Source: Armatimonadota bacterium
GTDB lineage: Bacteria > Sysuimicrobiota > Sysuimicrobiia > Sysuimicrobiales > Kaftiobacteriaceae
Length of the DNA stretch: 64,000 nucleotides
NCBI GenBank assembly: GCA_037440005.1
Contig: JBBIUY010000004.1
Location: forward strand, 23,673-87,672
Direction of reading: 5' to 3'
The notes beneath the pieces were generated by a model. It was not told the DNA's origin. It saw nothing but the letters and a program-made list of their open reading frames with translations, and searched no databases. A program made the position numbers and the translations under genes. This document shows positions 19,515 through 28,104 of the stretch, piece by piece; position 1 is the first letter of the stretch; every line of letters begins with the position of its first letter.

Positions 19515-20207
19515 ATGACCTCGACGCGTCTTCCACGACCGCCCCGGCGGCGGGCGCCCGTCCTCCGGCCCCCGGACGCCCGGGAGGACATCCTCCGCCA
19601 CCTGCCGTCGTCGGGCGGCCGCACCGTCCGCGAGCTGGCGCGCCTGGTCCGCCTGTCCCCGTCGGCGCTGCGTCAGCACCTGGCGTCTCTGGAGCGGGAC
19701 GGCCTGGTGGACAGGGCGGCGATCCGCGGGAAGCCGGGGCGGCCGGCGTTCGCATACCGCCGCGCGGTCCCCCCGGCCGGTCCGGTGCCCGCGGACCCGT
19801 CCCGGGTCCTCAGCACCCTGCTGCGGGTGGTGGAGGCCCAGGATCCGCGGCGCGTCGCCGAGATCGTGGACGGCGTGGTGGCGGCGCTGGAGGACGAGTA
19901 CGGGGCCGTCCGACAGATTTCCGATCCCGGCGCCCGCGTCCGCGCCGCCGCCTCGGTCCTGTTCGACGCCGAGGGGCAGGCGCAGGTCCGCGCCGCCGCC
20001 GACGGCTACGAGGTGAGCCTGCGCCGCTGCCCCCTGCTCCCGGCGGCGCGGGAGTCCCCGGCGTGCTGCGAGATCGCCCGGCGCCTGCTGGGCAGGCTCT
20101 CCGGGGCCGAGGTGGAGCAGCGGGAGTCGCTGCTGCGAGGGGACCCGCGGTGCCTGTTCGTGCTGCGGGTGCCGCCGGCGTCCCGACATCTGGCGGAGGC
20201 GGGGTAA
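19515..20207 (+). CDS. Winged-helix (ArsR-like) transcriptional regulator with Cys-rich C-terminal domain
   Basis: 230 aa. HTH region VRELARLVRLSPSALRQHLASLERDGLV. C-terminal CPLLP...CCEIARRLL...RCLF cysteine cluster. Lies immediately upstream of the oxidase operon. Confidence 0.55.
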   Translation: MTSTRLPRPPRRRAPVLRPPDAREDILRHLPSSGGRTVRELARLVRLSPSALRQHLASLERDGLVDRAAIRGKPGRPAFAYRRAVPPAGPVPADPSRVLSTLLRVVEAQDPRRVAEIVDGVVAALEDEYGAVRQISDPGARVRAAASVLFDAEGQAQVRAAADGYEVSLRRCPLLPAARESPACCEIARRLLGRLSGAEVEQRESLLRGDPRCLFVLRVPPASRHLAEAG

Positions 20208-20213
20208 GGGCCG

Positions 20214-20939
20214 ATGACGCGGCACGCGGGATGGGTGGTCCTGCTGTGGGTGGTCCTGACCGCCCTGGGCCTGGTGGGGGCCGCGCGGGTGGACCTGCTG
20301 CCGGTGGCCGCCGCCCGGGAGGCCCGCATTATCGACGACGCCTTCCGGTTCCTGATGCTGCTGGCCGTGCCGGTGTTCACCTTCGTGCTGGCCGTCCTGC
20401 TGTACGCCGTCGCCGCCTTCCGCGCCCGCCGGGAACCTCCGGAGGACGGGCCCCCGCTGTGGGGGCGGTCGGCGGTGCCGTGGGTCTGGCTGGCGGTCAC
20501 CAGCGCCCTGGCCGTGTACGTGATCGTCAATCCGGGACTGCGGGGTCTGGCCGAGCTGCGGTCCGACCGACACGCGGACCTGGTGGTGCGGGTGGAGGGG
20601 TCCCGGTGGGTGTGGCGGTTCGTCTATCCCGAGTCGGGCGTCACCAGCCGCGAGCTGGTCCTGCCGGTGGGCCGGCGGGTGCGGTTCGACGTGACCGGGG
20701 TGGACGTGGTGCACTCCTTCTGGGTCCCGGCGTTCCGGGTGAAGGTGGACGCGGTGCCCGGAATGACGACCTCCGTGTACGTGACGCCCACCCGGACCGG
20801 AGATCAGGCCGGTGATGTGAATTTCCGGGTCCAGTGCGCCGAGCTGTGCGGCCTGGGCCACCACCTGATGGCCGCGCCGGTGCGGGTGGTGGATCCCGGG
20901 GCGTTCGAGGCGTGGGTGGCCGGGGGCCGGTCGCCCTAG
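20214..20939 (+). CDS. coxB: Cytochrome c oxidase subunit II (CuA, no cytochrome c domain)
   Basis: 241 aa with two TM helices. CuA ligands VHSFWVP ... QCAELCGLGHHLM (H...C-x-E-x-C-x3-H-x2-M). Confidence 0.9.
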   Translation: MTRHAGWVVLLWVVLTALGLVGAARVDLLPVAAAREARIIDDAFRFLMLLAVPVFTFVLAVLLYAVAAFRARREPPEDGPPLWGRSAVPWVWLAVTSALAVYVIVNPGLRGLAELRSDRHADLVVRVEGSRWVWRFVYPESGVTSRELVLPVGRRVRFDVTGVDVVHSFWVPAFRVKVDAVPGMTTSVYVTPTRTGDQAGDVNFRVQCAELCGLGHHLMAAPVRVVDPGAFEAWVAGGRSP

Positions 20940-20981
20940 CCGGAGGCGGCGCGGCCGGGGGGAGACGTTTGCCGATCCGGC

Positions 20982-22829
20982 GTGGCGAGAGGTGAGCGGT
21001 CCGTGCGAGCGATCGTGCGCGGGATAGGGTGGGGGGCGGCCGGCTTCGCGCTGGGCGCCCTGGCGGCGACGGCGGCCGGGTGGGCGGCGGGGCGTCCGCC
21101 GCGGGCCGAGGTCCTGGTGACCCTCGGGTACGTCGCCGGGCTGACCGGCTGGCTGCTGGGCGTCGGCCTGTGGGACGCCTGGGCCCGGGGGTGGTTCGGG
21201 CTCCCCGTCCGCCACGAGCCCGATCACACGTGGCGGCGCTACTTCCGGTTCACCACCGACCACAAGGTCATCGGCGTGCAGTACCTGGTGACCTTCGTGG
21301 TGCTGTTCGTTCTGGCCGGGGCGATGGCGCTGGTCATGCGGGTGGAGTTGGCGGCCCCGGGGCCGACGGTGATGAGCGCCGGCGCCTACACCCACCTGAT
21401 GAGCCTGCACGGCATCATCATGATCGCCGTGGCGGTGGCCACCATCCTGGGGGGGTTCGGCAACTACCTGGTGCCGCTCATGATCGGGGCCGAGGACATG
21501 GCCTTCCCGCGCCTGAACGCCCTCAGCTACTGGCTGGTGCCGCCGGTGGCCGTCCTGCTGGTGGCCACGCCGTTGGCCGGGGGGTTCGACACCGGGTGGA
21601 CCGCCTACCCGCCCCTCAGCGAGGTCAACGCCAGCGGCCAGGTCCTGTTCAACCTGGCGGTGATCACCTTCGGGCTGTCCTCCATCCTGGGCGGGATCAA
21701 CTTCCTGGCCACCATCGTGGGCCTGCGGGCGCCCGGGATGACCTGGCGGCGGCTGCCCATCTTCGTGTGGGCGGTGTTCGCGGCGTCGCTGATCAGCGTC
21801 ACCGCCACCCAGTACCTGGCGGCGGGGCTGCTGATGGTCCTGCTGGACCGGGAGGCGGGCATGGCGTTCTTCGCCGCGGCCCGGGGCGGCATGCCCCTGC
21901 TGTACCAGCACATCTTCTGGTTCTACTCGCACCCGGCGGTGTACATCATGATCCTGCCCGCCTTCGGGCTGGCCCTGGAGGTTCTGACCCACTTCTCCCG
22001 CAAACCCCTGTACGCCTACCCCTGGGTGGTGGGGGGATTTCTGGGGATCGTGGGGCTCAGCTTCGTGGTGTGGGCGCACCACCTGTACACCAGCGGCATG
22101 CGGGAGTCGCTGCTGGGGCCGTTCATGGCCACCACCGAGCTCATCTCCATCCCCACCGGGCTGGTGTTCCTGGCCGCCCTGGGGACGCTGTGGATGGGCC
22201 GGCTGTGGCTGCGGACGCCGATGCTGTTCGCCCTGGGGTTTCTGTTCAACTTCCTCATCGGGGGCGTGACCGGCATCTTCAACGCCGACGTGCCCACGGA
22301 CCTGCACCTGCAGGACACCTACTTCGTGGTCGGGCACTTCCACTACACCATCGTGGGCGGGATGATCTTCGCCCTGTTCGCCGGCCTGTACTACTGGTTC
22401 CCCAAGATCACCGGGCGGATGTACGACGAGCGGCTGGGCCGGGTGCACTTCTGGTGGATGTTCCTGGCCTACAACGCCACCTTCCTGCCCATGTTCTGGG
22501 CGGGGGTGCACGGGATGAACCGGCGCATCGCCGACTACCCGGCCCCCCTGGCCGGGGTGAACCTGTGGATCTCGGCGATGGCCGTCGTGCTGGGGGCCAG
22601 CGTCGTGGTGTTCCTGTGGAACGCGGTGGCCAGCTGGATCCGCGGGCCGCAGGCCGCGGCCAACCCCTGGGGCGCCCGCACCCTGGAGTGGCAGGTGCCC
22701 TCGCCCCCGCCCGAGGGCAACTTCCCCCACCCGCCCCGGGTGGTGGGCGACCCCTATGCCTACGGGGTGCCGGGAGCCGCGCACGCCGTGGTGGCCGCCG
22801 CCGGCGGGGCCGGGGAGGGAGGGGGGTAA
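20982..22829 (+). CDS. coxA: Cytochrome c oxidase subunit I (A-type heme-copper oxidase)
   Basis: 615 aa with GFGNYLVPLMIGAEDMAFPRLN and conserved His ligands. It has a ~70-aa N-terminal extension, so the start codon is uncertain (GTG 20982). Confidence 0.9.
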   Translation: MARGERSVRAIVRGIGWGAAGFALGALAATAAGWAAGRPPRAEVLVTLGYVAGLTGWLLGVGLWDAWARGWFGLPVRHEPDHTWRRYFRFTTDHKVIGVQYLVTFVVLFVLAGAMALVMRVELAAPGPTVMSAGAYTHLMSLHGIIMIAVAVATILGGFGNYLVPLMIGAEDMAFPRLNALSYWLVPPVAVLLVATPLAGGFDTGWTAYPPLSEVNASGQVLFNLAVITFGLSSILGGINFLATIVGLRAPGMTWRRLPIFVWAVFAASLISVTATQYLAAGLLMVLLDREAGMAFFAAARGGMPLLYQHIFWFYSHPAVYIMILPAFGLALEVLTHFSRKPLYAYPWVVGGFLGIVGLSFVVWAHHLYTSGMRESLLGPFMATTELISIPTGLVFLAALGTLWMGRLWLRTPMLFALGFLFNFLIGGVTGIFNADVPTDLHLQDTYFVVGHFHYTIVGGMIFALFAGLYYWFPKITGRMYDERLGRVHFWWMFLAYNATFLPMFWAGVHGMNRRIADYPAPLAGVNLWISAMAVVLGASVVVFLWNAVASWIRGPQAAANPWGARTLEWQVPSPPPEGNFPHPPRVVGDPYAYGVPGAAHAVVAAAGGAGEGGG

Positions 22830-22835
22830 TCGCTC

Positions 22836-23042
22836 ATGGGCCGGGCGGACATCGGGGCGCGGCTGCGGGTGGGCACGCGGGCGCTGGTCACCCTGCTAAT
22901 CCTGACCGCGGTGGAGGTGCCGGTGGCGTTCCGGGTGCCTCGCCCGCTGCCGTGGCTGATCCTGCTCAACCTGGCGGACGCGGCGCTGATCGTCTGGTAC
23001 TTCATGCACATCGCCGACCTGTGGCGTCCGGGGGAGGACTGA
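22836..23042 (+). CDS. Cytochrome c oxidase subunit IV (CtaF-like small subunit)
   Basis: 68 aa, two TM helices, sited between the subunit I and subunit III genes. Confidence 0.55.
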   Translation: MGRADIGARLRVGTRALVTLLILTAVEVPVAFRVPRPLPWLILLNLADAALIVWYFMHIADLWRPGED

Positions 23043-23044
23043 CG

Positions 23045-23611
23045 GTGGCCGCCCACGTTGCCGCACACCCCCGCTACCGCCGGCTGGACCTCCGCCGGCT
23101 GGGCCTGTGGCTGTTCCTGCTGTCGGAAGGGTTCCTGTTTTCCGCCCTGATCGCCGCCCGCTACTACCTGCTGGGCCTGCAGCGGCCCGAGGGGCTCAAC
23201 CAGCCTCTGGGGCTGGCCATCACCGTGGTGCTGCTGGCCAGCAGCCTCACCGCCTACCGCGCCGAGACCGCCATCGCCGGGGGGGACCGGCCGCTGTTCC
23301 TGCGCAACACCCTGGCCACGGTGGCCCTGGGCCTGCTGTTCCTGGCGGGGGTGGGGGTGGAGTGGGCGCAGGCGTTCGCCCACTTTCCCCCGACCCGGCC
23401 GGTGGGCACCGTCTTCTTCACCCTGACCGGCATGCACGCCCTGCACGTCCTCAGCGGCGTGGTCCTGCTGGCCGGCGTGTACCTGCACGGCCGCCGCGGA
23501 CGGTACGGCCCCGGGGCCTTCTGGCCGGTGGAGGGCGCGGTCAAGTACTGGCACTTCGTGGACGTGGTGTGGGTCTTCATCTACCCCACCCTGTACCTGG
23601 TCACCGCCTGA
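23045..23611 (+). CDS. coxC: Cytochrome c oxidase subunit III
   Basis: 189 aa with a GTG start 3 nt after the subunit IV stop. Conserved HFVDVVWVFIY C-terminal motif. Confidence 0.85.
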   Translation: MAAHVAAHPRYRRLDLRRLGLWLFLLSEGFLFSALIAARYYLLGLQRPEGLNQPLGLAITVVLLASSLTAYRAETAIAGGDRPLFLRNTLATVALGLLFLAGVGVEWAQAFAHFPPTRPVGTVFFTLTGMHALHVLSGVVLLAGVYLHGRRGRYGPGAFWPVEGAVKYWHFVDVVWVFIYPTLYLVTA

Positions 23612-23760
23612 CCGTCCCGCTCTGGCCCCCTCCAGGCCACGTCCCCTCCGCCGGGACTCCCTACCCGGCCGGGTAGGTGGCCGGACTACCCGCACGGGCG
23701 TTGTGCCCCGCCGTCTGCCCGGACTACCCTGGCGTCGGGCCGGTGGCCCGGAGGGGAGCC

Positions 23761-24216
23761 GTGGAGCGGCGCGCCGACGGAATCGTGTACTTCGCCCTGG
23801 CGGTGGCCGTGGTCGCCCTGGCGGTCAGCCTGCTGGCGTACGCCCGGCGGGCCCGGCCGGAGGCCGGCCCGCCGCCGCGGGCCGCCGCCACCCTCACCCT
23901 CTCCATGGTGGTGGCGACCTTCACGGGTCCGGGCATGGCCGCCCACCGGTGGTACCCCACCATGCTGGTGGCGCGGGTGGGAGACACCATCGACCTGGCC
24001 GTGGCGAACCCCGACACCTTCGCCCACCAGCTGGAGGTCACCGGCTACAACCTGCGAACCCGCCGGCTGGCTCCCGGCGCCAGCGACGACCTGCGCTTTG
24101 TGGCCGACCGGCCCGGCGTGTTCGTGTACCGGTGCGTCCTCCCCCACAACCCGGCGGCCGGGGAGTGCACTCCGGACCACGAGCAGATGCGTGGGTACCT
24201 CATCGTAACCGAGTGA
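23761..24216 (+). CDS. Membrane-anchored cupredoxin A (CuA-like ligand pattern)
   Basis: N-terminal TM IVYFALAVAVVALAV. Upstream His (FAHQLEV) and loop YRCVLPHNPAAGECTPDHEQMRGYLIV, i.e. C...C-x3-H-x2-M. GTG 23761 preferred over GTG 23677 because a GGAGGGGAG RBS precedes it. Confidence 0.55.
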   Translation: MERRADGIVYFALAVAVVALAVSLLAYARRARPEAGPPPRAAATLTLSMVVATFTGPGMAAHRWYPTMLVARVGDTIDLAVANPDTFAHQLEVTGYNLRTRRLAPGASDDLRFVADRPGVFVYRCVLPHNPAAGECTPDHEQMRGYLIVTE

Positions 24217-24677
24217 TGGGTATGGACGGCGTCCGGTCGGCGGTGGCGGGGCTCACCGTGGGGGTCTCGCTGGTCGCCCTGGGGATCGGCGGGCTGGCCC
24301 TGCTGGCCTCCGCCCCGGCGGCACCGCCGCCAGAGCGCGTGGACCTGGAGCTGCTCATCACCGGCCGGGGCGCCATCGGGGGGCCGGCCGAGAGCCACCT
24401 GTTCGACCCCCAGATGCTGGTGGTGCGCCGGGGGGACACCGTGCGGCTGCGGGTGATCAACCTGTCCCACTTCCGTCACGGCCTGGAGTTCGCCGGCCTG
24501 GGCGTGCGCACCGCCGCGCTGCCCGGCGGGGCGGCGGACGTGGTGGAGTTTGTGGCGGCACGGCCGGGGATTTTCGAGTACCGGTGCTATTTGCCCCACG
24601 ATCCGGCCACGGGCACCTGCGCCCCCGACCACGACCGGATGGTGGGGCACCTGGTGGTGGTGGAGGGACGGCGGTGA
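24216..24677 (+). CDS. Membrane-anchored cupredoxin B (paralogue of A)
   Basis: TGATG overlap with cupredoxin A. TM GLTVGVSLVALGIGGLALL. FRHGLEF ... YRCYLPHDPATGTCAPDHDRMVGHLVV. Confidence 0.55.
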   Translation: MGMDGVRSAVAGLTVGVSLVALGIGGLALLASAPAAPPPERVDLELLITGRGAIGGPAESHLFDPQMLVVRRGDTVRLRVINLSHFRHGLEFAGLGVRTAALPGGAADVVEFVAARPGIFEYRCYLPHDPATGTCAPDHDRMVGHLVVVEGRR

Positions 24678-24720
24678 GAGGACGCGGGAGATTTACGAGC
24701 CCCTCGGGGAGGTGAGGAGG

Positions 24721-25185
24721 ATGCGGGGACGGACGGCGCTGGTTGTGGGCGTGGTGGCGGTCCTGCTGGCCGTCGGGCCGGCGGCGGGCGCGCCCAAGGC
24801 CCAGAAGGTCACGGTGGTGCTCAACGAGATGAGCTTCACGCCCGCCCGGGTGACGGTGACGGCCGGCACGCCGGTGCAGCTGACCCTGGTCAACCGGGGC
24901 AAGCAAAAGCACGAGTTCATGGTCTACACGCCGCCCCGGACGGCGCTGGCCGGAGACGAGCTCGAAGAGTGGGCCAAGGAGAACTCGTACTTCAAGGGCC
25001 TCGAGGTAACCGTGGAGACCGCCGGCGTGGAGATCGGGGCGGAGGCCCTGATGGAGGTCGAGGTGGGGCCGGGCCGGTCCGCCGAACTGACGTTCACGCC
25101 GCGGCGGACGGGGACGTTCGAGATGGGCTGCCACCTGGAAGGCCATTACGAGGCGGGGATGAAGGGGACGTTTGTGGTCCGTTGA
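24721..25185 (+). CDS. Secreted azurin/auracyanin-type blue copper protein (cupredoxin C)
   Basis: Signal peptide MRGRTALVVGVVAVLLAVGPAAGA. Ligand set KHEFMV (His) ... GCHLEGHYEAGMKGTFVV (C-x4-H-x4-M), with the same ligand spacing as azurin. Confidence 0.7.
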   Translation: MRGRTALVVGVVAVLLAVGPAAGAPKAQKVTVVLNEMSFTPARVTVTAGTPVQLTLVNRGKQKHEFMVYTPPRTALAGDELEEWAKENSYFKGLEVTVETAGVEIGAEALMEVEVGPGRSAELTFTPRRTGTFEMGCHLEGHYEAGMKGTFVVR

Positions 25186-25201
25186 CGCCGGGAGGACACC
25201 C

Positions 25202-25645
25202 ATGAACGGTCGCGGGGCGCTGCTGTTCGCCGGGAGCTTTGCGGTGGTGCTCACCGCCCTGGCCGGGTACGTGGTGGTGCGGTCCTACGCGCCTCCCGCC
25301 TCGGCGGCGCCTCCCGTCGTGCCCGAGGTCCGGCAGTTCGACCTGTGGCTGCACGTCCTGGAGGCCGCCGACGCCTCGGTGCGCCACTGGGTCCCGCCCG
25401 TGCTGGTGGTGAACGCGGGCGACACCGTCATCCTGCGGGTGCACAACGGCGACCCGGACACCGCCCACGGCTTTGCCCTGGGCGCTTTCAACCTGACGGT
25501 CCCCACCATCCCGCCCGGGCAGACGGCGACGGTGCGCTTTGTGGCGCGGCGGCCCGGGATCTACCACTACGGGTGCGCCGCCGCCGGGTGCGCGCCGGAC
25601 CACGCCGGGCAGACCGGCCAGCTGGTGGTGCTGGGAGGGCGGTAG
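25202..25645 (+). CDS. Membrane-anchored cupredoxin D (paralogue of A/B, Gln in axial position)
   Basis: TM LLFAGSFAVVLTALAGYVVV. AHGFALGAF ... YHYGCAAAGCAPDHAGQTGQLVV (C-x4-C-x3-H-x2-Q). GGGAGGA RBS. Confidence 0.55.
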   Translation: MNGRGALLFAGSFAVVLTALAGYVVVRSYAPPASAAPPVVPEVRQFDLWLHVLEAADASVRHWVPPVLVVNAGDTVILRVHNGDPDTAHGFALGAFNLTVPTIPPGQTATVRFVARRPGIYHYGCAAAGCAPDHAGQTGQLVVLGGR

Positions 25646-26548
25646 GTGGCCCTCACGCGGCGGTCGTTCCTCAAGGCGCTGGCCGCGGGAGCGGCGGCGC
25701 TGACGGCGGGCCCCCTGACCCGGTGGCGGCGCGGCCGGCCGGTGCCGGCCCTGGTGGCCCGGCCGGGAGGCGGACACGCCCTGGCGCGGCTGGAGGCCGT
25801 GCCGTCGGGCGGGGGCGTGGCCCTGGCCTACGCCGCGGAACCGCCGGCGCCGGAGCCGGGCGGTGCGCCGGGACGGCGGTGGGTGATGGTCATCGACCTG
25901 GCCCGCTGCGACGGCTGCCGCGAGTGCACCCGGGCCTGCCAGGCGATGCACGTCGTCCCCGCCGGCCAGGAGTGGATCCGGGTGTACGAGCTGCAGGACC
26001 ACGAGGCCGGCGCCCCCTACTGGTTTCCCCGGCCGTGCATGCAGTGCGACAACCCGCCCTGCGTGAAGGTCTGCCCGGTGTCGGCCACCTGGAAGCGGGA
26101 GGACGGCATCGTGATGCAGGACACCTCCCGCTGCATCGGGTGCCGGTTCTGCATGGCGGCCTGTCCCTACCAGGCCCGCAGCTTCAACTGGGTGGACCCC
26201 GACGTGCCCGGCATGCCCGACGAGCCGTACTCCATGGAGTGGAACCGGGTGCACCGGCGGGGTACCACCGAGAAGTGCATCTTCTGCCCCGCGCTGGTGG
26301 CCGAAGGCCGGCTGCCCGCCTGCGCGGCCGCGTGCCCCATGGGGGCCATCTACTTCGGCGACCAGCAGGAGGACGCCGTGACCAACTCCCAGGGGGAGAC
26401 GGTGAGGTTCTCCGAGCTGGTCCAGGGCCAGGGGGGGTACCGCTTCCTGGAGGAGCTGGGCACCGAGCCCCGGGTCTACTACCTGCCCCCGCGGCGGCGC
26501 CTGTACCCGGCGCCCGTCCCCGCGGCGGCGGCGGAGGACCAGCGGTGA
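25646..26548 (+). CDS. TAT-exported 4x[4Fe-4S] ferredoxin-type subunit (NrfC/PsrB/ActB2-like)
   Basis: GTG start directly after the cupredoxin D stop. Twin-arginine signal RRSFLKALAAGAAA. Four Cys clusters: CDGCRECTRAC, CMQCDNPPCVKVCP, CIGCRFCMAACP, CIFCP...CAAACP. Confidence 0.85.
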   Translation: MALTRRSFLKALAAGAAALTAGPLTRWRRGRPVPALVARPGGGHALARLEAVPSGGGVALAYAAEPPAPEPGGAPGRRWVMVIDLARCDGCRECTRACQAMHVVPAGQEWIRVYELQDHEAGAPYWFPRPCMQCDNPPCVKVCPVSATWKREDGIVMQDTSRCIGCRFCMAACPYQARSFNWVDPDVPGMPDEPYSMEWNRVHRRGTTEKCIFCPALVAEGRLPACAAACPMGAIYFGDQQEDAVTNSQGETVRFSELVQGQGGYRFLEELGTEPRVYYLPPRRRLYPAPVPAAAAEDQR

Positions 26549-28104
26549 GGGCCCGGGACGACCTGCTTGCGGACCGGGAGCGGCGGCTGCTGCGCTCGCT
26601 CCACGCCGGAGGACCCGGCTACTACGCGCTGCTGGGCGTGCTGGGGGCCCTGGTGGCGTGGGGGGTGATCGGCTACGGCGTCCAGCTCCGCTACGGCCTG
26701 GGCGTGACCGGGCTGCGGGACAACGTCATGTGGGGCGTGTACATCACCAACTTCATCTTCTTCATCGGGGTCAGCCACGTGGGGGCGCTGATGTCGGCCA
26801 TCCTGCGCATCACCGGGGCCGAGTGGCGCCGGCCGATCACCCGCATGGCGGAAGCGATCACCTTCGCCTCGCTGCTCATGGGGGCGTTGATGCCCCTGGT
26901 GGACATGGGCCGGCCGGACCGGCTTCTCAACCTGGTGGCGCACGGCCGACTGCAGTCCCCGATCCTGTGGGACATCCTGTCCATCACCACCTACCTGACC
27001 GGCAGCACCCTGTTCCTGTACGTGCCCATGATCCCCGACATCGCCCTGCTGCGGGACCGGTTCGCCGCTGGGCCGCCCTGGCGCCGGCGGCTGTACACGG
27101 TGCTGGCCCTGGGGTGGCGGGGGACGGAGGTGCAGCGCCGACACCTGGAGGCGGTCATGGGGATCCTGGCCATCCTGATCATCCCCATCGCCGTCTCCGT
27201 GCACACGGTGGTGTCCTGGATCCTGGCCATGACCTTGCGGGCGGGCTGGAACAGCACCATCTTCGGCCCCTACTTCGTCTCCGGCGCGCTGTTTTCCGGC
27301 GCGGCGGCGGTGGTCACCGCCATGGCGGCCTTCCGGTGGGCCTACCACCTGGAGGACTACATCACCGAGGCGCACTTCCGGCGGATGGGCTACCTGGTCA
27401 TCGCCCTGGGGCTGATCTACGGCTACTTCACCTTCAACGAGTACTGGGTGCCGGCGTTCAAGATGGCGGCCCACGAGCGCGGGTACCTGACGGCGGTGTT
27501 CAGCGGGCGGTTTGCCCCCCTGTTCTGGTTCACCCAGGTGGGCGGACTGCTGTTGCCCGTGGCGCTGCTCACCGTCCCCCGGCTGGCCCTGGTGGAGCGC
27601 CTGGGCCGCGTGCCCCTGCTGCGGCCCGCGCCCGCCCTGGCGGCCACCGCCGCCGCGGTGGGGCTGGTGGTGGTCGCCGCCCCGGGCTCGCCGGTGGCCG
27701 CCCTGCCCGACGTCGGCGCCCTGCGCCCGCTGATCCCCTGGCTTCTCGGGACGGCGGGGAGCTGGCTGTTCCTGGCCCTGCTGCCGGTCTGCCGTGCCCG
27801 GCCCATCGCCACGGCCACGGCGGCCTCCGTCCTGGTGAACGTGGGAGCGTGGTGGAAGCGGTACGTCATCATCGTCCCCACCCTGCAGCACCCGTTCCTG
27901 CCCATCCAGCGCGCGCCGGCGGGGTGGGCCACCTACACGCCCACGTGGGTGGAGTGGTCCATCACGTCGGCGGCCCTGGCGGGTTTCGTGCTGATCTACC
28001 TCCTGTTCAGCAAGCTGTTCCCCATCGTGTCCCTGTGGGAGACCCGGGAGGCTCCGCCGGAGGCCTCAGGAGGCGGGGAGGTGGCCCATGCGCTGGCCCG
28101 GTAG
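26545..28104 (+). CDS. NrfD/PsrC/ActC-like polytopic membrane (quinol-interacting) subunit
   Basis: 519 aa with about 10 TM helices. GTGA overlap with the ferredoxin gene. NrfD-family features run throughout. Confidence 0.85.
   Translation: MRARDDLLADRERRLLRSLHAGGPGYYALLGVLGALVAWGVIGYGVQLRYGLGVTGLRDNVMWGVYITNFIFFIGVSHVGALMSAILRITGAEWRRPITRMAEAITFASLLMGALMPLVDMGRPDRLLNLVAHGRLQSPILWDILSITTYLTGSTLFLYVPMIPDIALLRDRFAAGPPWRRRLYTVLALGWRGTEVQRRHLEAVMGILAILIIPIAVSVHTVVSWILAMTLRAGWNSTIFGPYFVSGALFSGAAAVVTAMAAFRWAYHLEDYITEAHFRRMGYLVIALGLIYGYFTFNEYWVPAFKMAAHERGYLTAVFSGRFAPLFWFTQVGGLLLPVALLTVPRLALVERLGRVPLLRPAPALAATAAAVGLVVVAAPGSPVAALPDVGALRPLIPWLLGTAGSWLFLALLPVCRARPIATATAASVLVNVGAWWKRYVIIVPTLQHPFLPIQRAPAGWATYTPTWVEWSITSAALAGFVLIYLLFSKLFPIVSLWETREAPPEASGGGEVAHALAR

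Noticed and set aside
19296-22784. 1162-aa ORF on the minus strand
   Set aside because: It is entirely antisense to the well-supported coxB/coxA genes. Its translation is low-complexity and R/G/P/H-rich, typical of spurious long ORFs in 72%-GC DNA.
23677-23760. Earlier GTG start (23677) for cupredoxin A
   Set aside because: No RBS. It would add a Cys/Pro-rich 28-aa leader before the TM anchor. GTG 23761 is preceded by GGAGGGGAG.
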